NCBI GenBank assembly: GCA_043228905.1
Contig: JBHGNT010000012.1
Span: 10,726,001-10,790,000 of the forward strand
Length of the DNA stretch: 64,000 nt
Direction of reading: 5' to 3'
Origin: Azolla caroliniana
Taxonomy: Eukaryota > Plantae > Polypodiophyta
Part shown: positions 1 to 9,356 of the stretch, piece after piece
Layout: every line of letters begins with the position of its first letter
Position numbering within the stretch: position 1 is the stretch's first letter
The notes under the pieces: model-generated
Seen by the model: the letters and a program-made list of their open reading frames with translations, nothing else
Told to the model about the DNA's origin: nothing
Database searches by the model: none
Program-made: the position numbers and the translations under genes

Positions 1-389
1 GGGTGCTACGGTGAGATAACTTAAGATTCAACGATTAATCAGACTTTAATTGGTTACTTAGCAATATGGCATTAGACTTGATACACGCGTATGATAGAAC
101 AATTAGCACAGAACAGTAGTCAACACTTAAAGATAAAACAAGAAGCTCTATTAATTAGGATTAATTATCTGTCAAAGTTTTACATTGTAACCAGGCCTTT
201 ATATAGGTCACCAGTGCTGAGTACAAAACGGTGCCAACCGGCACCTGTTCGGAACCGGTCCGGTTCCAGATCGGCATATCGATTCTGGTTCGTCCGTTCA
301 CGTCTCATAAACTACTTAATTATAATAGATTCCGAATATACAATCGCTTTCACATTCTGGTCTTTAACTCCTTTGTCGGCCAGGTAACA
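1..389 (-). repeat. 3' LTR of element A (partial)
   Basis: Matches ~17404-17782; ends ...ggtaaca on + (TGTTACC on -). Confidence 0.92.
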
Positions 390-814
390 CATGCCATGCC
401 CGTGGGATAGTACCTTGTACATCGAATCCCACTATCCGGCCCTTAGCCTTCGTCCAAGATATCCAAAATACTCTGCTCCAGGGTGTCCAATGGTTCTTCG
501 AGAATCTGTTGTTGTTGCTGTTGTGGCTATTGTTGATGTTGTGGTTGCTGCTGTTGTGGTTGTGGCTATTGTTGCTCCGGCTCCGGCTCCTCCGACTGTT
601 GCTCCTTGGATGGCGTCTGTTCGGCTCCCGGTACCAGCGGTTGTGGCAGTGATTCCTCCATCAACTGCTCTGCCAGATTTGACTCCGGTTGACTCGCCCC
701 GGCCTTGTCTCCGTCTTATCCTTGCCCCGGCGATGGCTCCTCATCGTTGAGGTTGACGGTCGCTGCTTGCTTTGCTTCTTCTTGCCGTAGCCTGGTCCGG
801 TCATAGCTTTCAAA

Positions 815-1661
815 CTAGATTTGAGCATCCATTCGATCATCGTCTAGCTGTGCTACCAGTTGCCGGACCACTGTTGACTGTTCCTCCGCCAAAGTTACAA
901 AGTCTTCTACTAACTCATCTCTTACGGCGGTGAAGTCCTCCTTTGTTAGCATGTAGCAGTCATTGCCATCTTTCTGCCGGTTTTCCGTGTCCGCCCTTAG
1001 CAACTGGAGCTCGGTTGTGTGCTTTGCCCATTTGGCCCACCATTGCATGGAGCTTTTGTCAATCAAGCGTTTTTTCTTGTTCCTCCATGCCTGGACAATG
1101 AACTGGATCCGCTCAAGTCCCCTCTTCGATTTGTCCTCCACGGCTTGTCGTTCTTCCTTCAATTGCTTGATCAGCTTCACCGTGTCCGCCTCCGGCTCCT
1201 GGTAATGTGACAATTGGTTTTGGTAGGTGTTCTGCAACCTCTGCAATACCATTTTCGCTCTTTCCTTTTCTTCATAATGCTGCTTATGGAGCTCCATACG
1301 TTCCTGCACAGCTTCCTCCAGTAGCGTTGTTCTTTCAACCCATTCTTTAGCTAGCGTTGTCTCACTTCGATGAACTTCCTGCCGGAGCTCTGCCATCTCC
1401 TCCTACTCCTTCTTATGCTCCATATCTAGGTGCTTATAGTCCCGGTGCAAGTGCTCAAAATCATCGGTCTTCTGCTTCAACTTCTGGTTGAGTTTCCGGC
1501 GAGCGCGGTCTTCCCGATCTTTCTGTTGACGGAGTTCTTCTTTAAGTCTTTCAATATCCGTTTCCACCATCCGTCACAGCTTATCCTTTTCTTGCAGCAC
1601 TTTCTCTTTCTCCTCCTTAAGCCGGTTATATGCCTGATGTCCTTTCTACAGATTCGCTTCT
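815..1661 (-). pseudogene. C-terminal part of element A extra ORF (coiled-coil rich)
   Basis: ORF 815-1396 is homologous to 40630-41082 of element B (RMELHKQ..KERA.MVLQRLQ.TYQ, WWAKWA, DCYMLT.EDF). It joins 9357+ in frame when the DNA transposon is removed. Confidence 0.8.
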
Positions 1662-1693
1662 AACACCGGGTCATTTGAAACAGGTAATATGTC
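1662..1693 (+). repeat. Left TIR AACACCGGGTCATTTGAAACAGGTAATATGTC
   Basis: Reverse complement of 9325-9356 except one base. Confidence 0.95.
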
Positions 1694-2424
1694 ATATTCT
1701 CTTTTGGCATAGTTGGCCAGATGTAGAAAAGTACCCTATTTTAGCCTGATATCGAAAATATATGATGCATGCGTACCCCTTTTGCGACTTGATGGTTAAA
1801 TATAGAACAAAAAAAACCTAGCAATTACTAAATTGTATATGTGTCCACATTCGTGTCAATTTGCATATCATGGAGCACAATTGAAGACTTGGTTCAATAT
1901 AAAGTTCTAAAATTGGTATCCATATTCAAATTGTAGAGTAAAACTACATAAACCGTAATTATAAATATGTGGTTTTGGGTTTAGGAATAAAGTAGTACCC
2001 CACTTGTTGGATAGGTATATCGATAGTTTCATTGTATAATGTCATATAGTTCATGACAATGTAATTGGTAAGAGTAACAATTACGTACGACATTCATTTA
2101 TACTATGTGGAACCAGTAGACTTGAACCGTAGGTAACTAAAAACCTCTTATTATCAAAAACATTCGCCTTTTCATATACAGTCATGCTAATGGATATGAG
2201 AAATTACAATATCATGTTAATATCTCAAACTGAAGAAGAGCATGGTGACCAATTATATGTAAATACAAACAACGATTCCAATAATGATTAAAAAGGGAAA
2301 TTATGAACAGGTGAATTTAATTAAACGATAAACAATTACAGGTGTTCTCATATACAAATATAATATGAAGTGATGGTGAACATTATGCCTCAAAATCCTC
2401 AATTTTTACATTACGCCATCTACA

Positions 2425-5400
2425 TCAATCTATAAGCAAATCAGGCAGAGCAGGCTCCTCTGGCGCTGATTGTTCTAGACTGTTTTCATTCGTGTCATCT
2501 CCAAGCTCTCCCGAATCTGATGTATGGTCAAACTGTGCTACATCTTCCAGGTCCACCAGCTCCCCTGCTTCTACATCAATTGGTTCCATTGGTTCTCATG
2601 AAGTCATCTGGAACATCTCTGTCTCGTTGATGTGTTTTGCTCCGACTTCTTGATCCTGATTTGGATAGTCCCAGATTCCTGTGATCCTCATTTTGATGAA
2701 GTTAACTTGAGCAGGGTCCTTCTCCAATGCAACATAGTTTCTAAACATCTTCAATGCACAAGCTGTCGTTGTACCTAATGGTCGCATGAACACAAACAAG
2801 TATATATAAGAAGTAACGTCTTAAACTTGATAGACAAGATTGAAATTAAATATATATATTATACCTGTGCCAGAGAACAAGTCTAGGACCCAATCATCTG
2901 GATTCGAGAAGAGCTCTATGAGGCGGTTGATCAATCTTTGAGGTTTTTGATAAGGGTTCACCATACTTTTATCCCCTGACACATGTCTTAATTTTTTGGT
3001 TACGGCTGGGCACATGATGTAGTTAACCACGTTACGCTCGTTGACATGTGCTCTAGCCTTCTTCTTTGTAATTGAATCATAGTAGCCCACACAAAAATGT
3101 TCGACCGCACTAACCATTCGATTGCCAGGGCTACGTGTAATATTTGTTTTGATCCTATAGAGAAAGAAAATCAAGTATTAGAGGTGTAAATGTGTACATA
3201 TAATAAGAAGTACTGTAATGAGTAAAAGCGAACTATAACACACCAATGCATGTGTTTAGTGGCATGACAACGGGACTTCAAAGTTGTTGTGACTGACAGT
3301 GATTGCCCCATGCTATGAAATATGACTATCCTCCACAAGGGGGCCAATGTCAGTTCTGCGAAATCCTTTACCATTTTCTCGATCTGAGGGTACTTGAAAG
3401 GCACATCATCATATGTTGATCCCGCAATACGGAAACCATATGGTATGTCAGCTATCAGCAAAGTGTAGTGCCTTCTCGGTAACAGTTCGAGCATCTGGGA
3501 TACTTCGCCATTGAAAACACTATAATGAAGCTGTTTGAAAGGATCAGACCTATGCAAAAAACTCTTTACAGTCTCCGAATCCTCGGGCAGTTCCATTTCC
3601 TTCCCTTTGGTCATTCTCTTCTCATATTTCGCACGTTCTAAGTGCGTGATGAAGGCTGCTGGAATACCGTCATTATTGTCGTTGTTCTTTTCGATTTTGA
3701 TGGTTTCTGCAAGTGTCATTGTTGTTAGCAGGGAACATTACTTTCTAACATATCAACATTCAAAAGACACATACCCATTCTCTAAATACAATAAAATATT
3801 CCTCCAATTCCTTGTAGGAAGAAGTTATCGGGCAGGCTTGTTCAACTTCTTCCCATGTCGGTAAACTCAGTTTTTGCATCATCAACTCCTGAATCTTCAT
3901 GTATACCTTGTGACTGCACAATCAATATGAAATTAGAAATAAGATATTCAAAATAATTGAAGACTTTCATGAAAAGGTATACTATAAACACTTACTTTTG
4001 CAAGTCTGTTACCATCTCGTCCAAACTAAATTCCTTGGCGACCACTCGAGATAGCACGGATATTAACAATCTATCATCTTTGATACCTTGTAATGATCTC
4101 TAAGGTAAAAGTTTCATGTCCTCTGGTAACTCCTCGATTACCAAGTCGCTTTTTCCCTTGGTCTTTGATTTCATCTCAACTTGTGGATCAATTCTTCCCT
4201 TTTTTTATCTTTGCCCCTTGACTTCTTTCCGCTCCCACATAGAGAATATTTTGTCTTGGAGATCCCACACCTCTCCGGTCTGAAAAGCTAGTTGAAACCA
4301 AGAATCATATTTTCGGAGACCTTCGGATTTCGTACTCTCATCCACTGCAATCCCTACTTCCAATAAACACTGACGTCGCAATCCAGACCACAATCTTGGA
4401 CCAAAACGATTCAAGGCATCGAGGTATTCATGATGAAAAAATCTTATCCTCTCTATACATGACATCTTTTGCCTATAATCGTTGTCATTGTTATGGTCCC
4501 ATGCGAGCAGCTTCGCCTCCTCGTGAGTTAGTCCTGCATATACCTTACATTCGGCGTATTTGAAGAACGGTGTGAGAGGATATTCTTTGACAAGTTGTCG
4601 TCGAGCTTCGGCCGAATGTGATCCTCCGATTACATAGTATGTGTAATCGTCTGCAGAGCTATACTTGAAATCTGCTACTGTTGGGCATTGTTCTTGATCA
4701 ACCATTACCAAAAATGGCACCACAGTAGCGTGAGGATTGATTTTCATTTTGCTTTTCAGGTTTTGCACATGGACGGAGTGCGGCTCCCTAATTTCCAAGG
4801 GACGTCTTCCAGTCACGGGGTCAATGGGGGGCCTTTGGATAGAAGTAATGGGCAAATGAAATAGCTGGCCCCTGCGCACAAGTTTAGCCTTCACAATATT
4901 TTCTCTTATTTTATTTTGTTCTAACGTCAGGACACCAGAAGATAGTTGTCCGCCTGGAGCCATGACGTCGACTTGTTGGTCGTCTTCTTCTTCCACGAAC
5001 TCTAATATTTCTTCTTCTTCTTCTTCGGGTTGTGGTCATTTAGTATATTTCTTTTGAACAGGATTTGTCTTCCTAGACTTTTTCGGTGGAGTTTCTGCTT
5101 CACCGATCATCATCTCTCCTTTCACGTACGGCCGAAGAGCTACCAACAAGTTATTTTTCGTTTGCAGGTCTTTACGCAAAGCCTTGGGATTGCAAGATTC
5201 GGGTACTAGGTTTCCCTCATCAAGTCGCAATCGCCTGTCGCCAACTGAGCTCGAGACGTCGATTAAAATACATGTAGAATCAATGTCTTCGTACTCTAGC
5301 TTGGTTACATGCCCGTAATTAAATGTTTTTCCAAGCTGAAGTTTCCCTTCCCTGTCCGATTTTGCCGTTATCAATAACAGCACCCCATCCTGCTCGACAT

Positions 5401-6060
5401 AAGAGAGACACCATTCAAGTTCGGGGTAATCCTTATATTTCACCTCAACCGTTTTCTCCTCTTGCGTACTACCTTTGTTGATTTTGGTAGTAGCCACAGA
5501 TGACTTGGATCCTCCTTCCCCCGTTGAGTCAAATAAATTCTTTTTACTCGTGTCCTTCATGAAGGAGCCAGAATCTCGTTTTGTCGGAGATCGAATCTTC
5601 AATCTAAATGAAGGAACTTTTTGTCTGGGTTCACTGAAATTAAAAACGTTGGTGAAAACATAGAAACAACGTACAATTTCATCTAAATCACGCAAATTAT
5701 CATTTAAATTACGTCAATTTTATGGTCCCATGCGATAGTTTTTTATCGGAAAAACAACATATTTTTCAACCAAAATCCGATGCACTGCATCGAATTTTGG
5801 TTGAAGGTCCTGCCTTGCAACGCAAATCCGATGCAGTGCATCGGATTTTGGTTGAAAGGCAGGACCTTTCAACCGAAATCCGATGCACTGCACCGGATTT
5901 CGGTTGAAGGACCTGGCTTTCAGAATTACTTTCCAAGTTCGTTGTACAAAATAAAATAAAATTTCTATGTGTTGAGGAAAGGAATCTTTAAGGAATCTTG
6001 AGGAATCTTAAAAAATGTAATGAATATTACTGACCTGACGATTTTCTTTCCCTTGTTCAT
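2425..6060 (-). pseudogene. Spliced gene for ParB/Srx-like domain + beta-class N6-adenine/N4-cytosine DNA methyltransferase (~970 codons), disrupted in this copy
   Basis: Predicted exons 6060-6035, 5633-3996, 3913-3775, 3706-3244, 3154-2865, 2774-2425 with GT..AG introns; phases match at 4 of 5 junctions. Motifs: ParB-like YYVIGGSHSAEARRQL; motif IV LLIADIPYG; NPYQKP; motif I VLDLFSGTGTT; motif II VALEKD. In-frame stops at 5036-38, 4205-07, 4100-02 and 2596-98, plus an apparent 1-nt frameshift near 3706. Confidence 0.85.
5765..5908. repeat. Three ~41-bp palindromes forming one ~144-bp nested palindrome
   Basis: Unit TTCAACCAAAATCCGATGCA(C/G)TGCATCGGATTTTGGTTGAA at ~5765-5805, ~5815-5856 and 5868-5908. 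The spacers AGGTCCTGCCTT and AAGGCAGGACCT are mutual reverse complements. Confidence 0.9.
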
Positions 6061-6356
6061 GGTTCGTGCCGGAGGTAGTGCTGTCCACAATGTGCTTCTG
6101 AGTGCTCGAAAATTGGCCTGTGCTCTGAGCTCGATGGATTCTTTCACGTGATAATGAAAATGAAATTTCTAACCTCCTTATATAGAAGACTTTAGCATTC
6201 TTTTTAAAATAAAAAATAATTTTTAATTATTTGTTTTTTAGGAAAATTTCGGAAAATAATATAGTTAATCTAAGTGTTCGGGTAGTTATATAGTAGGCTT
6301 TAGCATTCCTTAATTTTCATGAAAGAAGGTTTTAGAATACAGTTAGACTCCCTCAA

Positions 6357-9029
6357 ATGTCTTCTTCTACAAGTAGAACATCTCTTTTTTCTATTGCCCC
6401 CTTTTCATTGACAGATAACTCGTATTTCTCAATAGAAGAGTACGACCACAAAAAACATTCGCGGCTTAAACAGAAAAGTGTGGCTCCTAGTACTTCGAAT
6501 TCTCTGTTTTCAATTGATCCTGTTGATGGCCCTCTTCATGCAAGCCTACAAGCGGACGATTCTTCGTCAATAGATAACAATAGCATTACTAAACCTCTAG
6601 CATTTAAAAGAGTTCCTCGACAAGTTAGTGAAAAGAGATTTAATTTCTTATGTTCTGATCGTCAACTTCTATGCGACTTGAACAAATCGTGTTGTGCGAA
6701 TCTCTGTCTATCAACTTATGGAAAGTTAAGGTTACGTGAAACACGACAAAAATACTTGTCGCTTAATGGGGAAGAGCAAGATACATTTCTTATTGCGCAT
6801 ATGCAACTTAAATTGGATCACAAAGCAGGGCCTAATTCAATGCAAGTTGAATATTTCCTTGGACTATATACCAAGTGTTGTCGAGCAGCTTTTAAAATCA
6901 CTCATAGCATTGGAAATATGTGGCTGCAACGAGTTCAAGAGCGACTTGTGAAGGGCTCTTGGGTACAGTTCGATCAAAATGGTTCTGGATGTAAGGGTCA
7001 AATTGGGCAACAGGCAATTAGGTGGATGGAGGTATATTTTTCAAAACAGTGCGAAGTTATGCCAATGACAGGAAGACTTCATTTGTCAGATAACTTTACT
7101 CGAAGGGAAGTTTACCAATCGTACAAGGACGACATGTCTTCCGATGTTGAGCCTTACATACAGTACAAGCATTTTAATCGACTATGGAGGTTACAATTTA
7201 ATAACGTGGTTATCCCACGAAAGGTGCGAATGGGAGTCTGCTCAATATGTGCGAGTTTAAAAAGTATGGCCAAGGGTGGAAAATCAGATGTAGAGATCAA
7301 GAATTACAAGAACCTGTTAAAAGAACATCGTGAAAGTCAGGCATTGGAACGTACTAAGGCTATGCATCACCGACAAAAAGCGTTTCAATCTCTCGAAAAG
7401 TATATGTGCATGATTATTGACGGCATGGATCAAAAGAAAACTTGTTTGCCGCATTTTCAAAGACTCCCCAAGGATATTGGAGATGAGTGTCTCGTGCAAA
7501 TGCATCTAGTGGGTTGTTTGACATACTGTCAAACTATAAGACCGCAAGTGTTCTTAACTTATCCCAATATCCACAACAACCCTAATCTTACTGTCACTAT
7601 CATGCACAGGGTATTGCAATCATGGTCAGGTATACTCCCGCCAGTTCTATATGTGCAACTAGACAACACAGCAAGAGAGAATAAGAACTCAACTGTCTTC
7701 GGCTATCTAAGCATGCTAGTAGAGAGGGGCATATTTAAAAAGATAAAGGTTAACTTCTTGTTGGTTGGTCATACCCATGATCACATAGATCAAATGTTTG
7801 GTAGGTTCTCAAAGAAACTTGCTCGCTGTAATGCTTTCACACTTCCCACGCTATCCAAATTGATTAGTGAAGCATATACACCAAAGCCTGAAGTACAACA
7901 CTTGGAAGAAGTATACGACTTTAAACGTTTCTGCATGGATAGTGACGGGACTAAAGGTAGGGTGCTTGCACCTCTTAATAATATAAGTTTCAACCATGTC
8001 TTCCTCATAAAACAAAGATCGGCCCACCTGAAGATGACGATGTTCTTTGCGAAACAATACTCATCTCGTGCACAATGGGAGCCCCAAGAAGGTTGTAGGC
8101 TCCTTCTTCATATCCCAGATGAACCTCTACATGGTGCACAACAAATGCCATATGATGATCGTAAAAATGTAGCACCAAATAGTACTATTGATGAACAAAG
8201 GGCATATTGGTTGAGATGTCTAGCAGAGAAACAAAATAATATTGATCGAACTAAGAAGTATGCCGGTGATGAGGATGTTGAATGGTGGGAGATTTTCTTC
8301 ACCCATCAACGCACCATTTTAGATAATTACATCGCCGGTTTATGGCCAATCCGTATCCCATTCACATGGAACATTGGGATGACATCAATGATATCGCAGA
8401 CTCATCACCAACAATCGAATAATATGGAGCTTCATGATTTAGTTCGGCCACTGCAAAGAGATATTTATGTGGGACCAAGAAAGTCACGTACTGTTGAGGC
8501 AAGATGGCAAGGTAATTTGCAAGAACTACAAGTGGGAATGTTGGTTGCAACATTAGCAGGGGACGATACCTTGGGCCATCCATTTTGGATTGCAAAAATT
8601 ATTGAATTAGTAAGGGATGAAGAAAGTAGTCAGACAAAGTCAATAGTAGTCCATTGGTATCAGACAAATTCAACTAATGCATTTAAAGGAAAGTATTCTT
8701 TAGAGATGGTTAAGGATGTCGGATGTTCAAGCAGAAAGAGAAGAAGAAAGAATATACCGAGCACAACTACTCTCGCACTAGACCGTGTTGACATACTAGT
8801 ATATGACTTCTCATTGACAAAATCAGGTCATCTAAGACAAGCAACTATCAAGATAATAAAGGAGAAAATCCCAAACATGGTGTCAAACGAAATACAGAGA
8901 ATAACCAGAAGCAATTCTCATAACCACAAAGATGTTGGGTTGGAATTGGATGAGGATAATGCTTTGATTGCCACTGATGATGAGGATGAGACGTCAGAAG
9001 GCTCTTCTAGTCCATCAGACATGTCTTAA
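6357..9029 (+). CDS. Sola-like DDD transposase, 890 aa, intact and intronless
   Basis: Candidate catalytic motifs IIDGMDQKK, YVQLDNTARENKN, FLLVGHTHDHIDQMF. Upstream Cys/His motifs (CCANLC, CSIC..H). Lies between the TIRs. Confidence 0.88.
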   Translation: MSSSTSRTSLFSIAPFSLTDNSYFSIEEYDHKKHSRLKQKSVAPSTSNSLFSIDPVDGPLHASLQADDSSSIDNNSITKPLAFKRVPRQVSEKRFNFLCSDRQLLCDLNKSCCANLCLSTYGKLRLRETRQKYLSLNGEEQDTFLIAHMQLKLDHKAGPNSMQVEYFLGLYTKCCRAAFKITHSIGNMWLQRVQERLVKGSWVQFDQNGSGCKGQIGQQAIRWMEVYFSKQCEVMPMTGRLHLSDNFTRREVYQSYKDDMSSDVEPYIQYKHFNRLWRLQFNNVVIPRKVRMGVCSICASLKSMAKGGKSDVEIKNYKNLLKEHRESQALERTKAMHHRQKAFQSLEKYMCMIIDGMDQKKTCLPHFQRLPKDIGDECLVQMHLVGCLTYCQTIRPQVFLTYPNIHNNPNLTVTIMHRVLQSWSGILPPVLYVQLDNTARENKNSTVFGYLSMLVERGIFKKIKVNFLLVGHTHDHIDQMFGRFSKKLARCNAFTLPTLSKLISEAYTPKPEVQHLEEVYDFKRFCMDSDGTKGRVLAPLNNISFNHVFLIKQRSAHLKMTMFFAKQYSSRAQWEPQEGCRLLLHIPDEPLHGAQQMPYDDRKNVAPNSTIDEQRAYWLRCLAEKQNNIDRTKKYAGDEDVEWWEIFFTHQRTILDNYIAGLWPIRIPFTWNIGMTSMISQTHHQQSNNMELHDLVRPLQRDIYVGPRKSRTVEARWQGNLQELQVGMLVATLAGDDTLGHPFWIAKIIELVRDEESSQTKSIVVHWYQTNSTNAFKGKYSLEMVKDVGCSSRKRRRKNIPSTTTLALDRVDILVYDFSLTKSGHLRQATIKIIKEKIPNMVSNEIQRITRSNSHNHKDVGLELDEDNALIATDDEDETSEGSSSPSDMS

Positions 9030-9324
9030 TATATTGGTTTGGTTCAAGCTGGGGATTGTTTTACTACATGATCGGAAACTTTGTAAATTTGTTTTGGATG
9101 TAAACTCACGAATATGTATAATTGTAACTGGTAGACATGTTGTACATTATTTTGTAATTTTGGTGATGTATTTTTGGAGGCATTTTACTTATGACTCAAA
9201 GTGGTAGTCATGTTGAAATTCAATATATTTTGCCAGCTTTTCTGAAAAGCTTTACGCATGCGTCGTGTCTTTTTGAAAACTGCGTGCTTTTGTGCCCTTT
9301 TTCGACGTAGTGTTCTCATAATGC

Positions 9325-9356
9325 GACATATTACCTGTTTCAAATGACCCAGTGTT
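9325..9356 (-). repeat. Right TIR
   Basis: gacatattacctgtttcaaatgacccagtgtt followed by TSD ttct. Confidence 0.95.

Larger units (their letters stand above)
1662..9356. mobile_element. Sola-like (probably Sola1) cut-and-paste DNA transposon, 7695 bp, carrying a ParB-DNA methyltransferase gene
   Basis: 32-bp TIRs (1662-1693 / 9325-9356, 1 mismatch). 4-bp TSD TTCT (1658-1661 / 9357-9360). The empty site restores the host frame L-R-R-A-E-A-N-L. AT-richer than its flanks. Confidence 0.93.

Noticed and set aside
2596-4996. Bacterial restriction-modification or parABS operon / bacterial contamination
   Set aside because: The ORF pieces are joined by phase-compatible spliceosomal introns and sit inside a TIR element nested in a plant retrotransposon. 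No nuclease or ParA gene is seen.
5765-5908. CRISPR array
   Set aside because: The spacers are only ~10 bp and are reverse complements of each other; no cas genes; eukaryotic context.
9252-9356. C-terminus of the 457-aa ORF 9252-10625
   Set aside because: Read-through into the transposon TIR; the true continuation is at 1661 and below.
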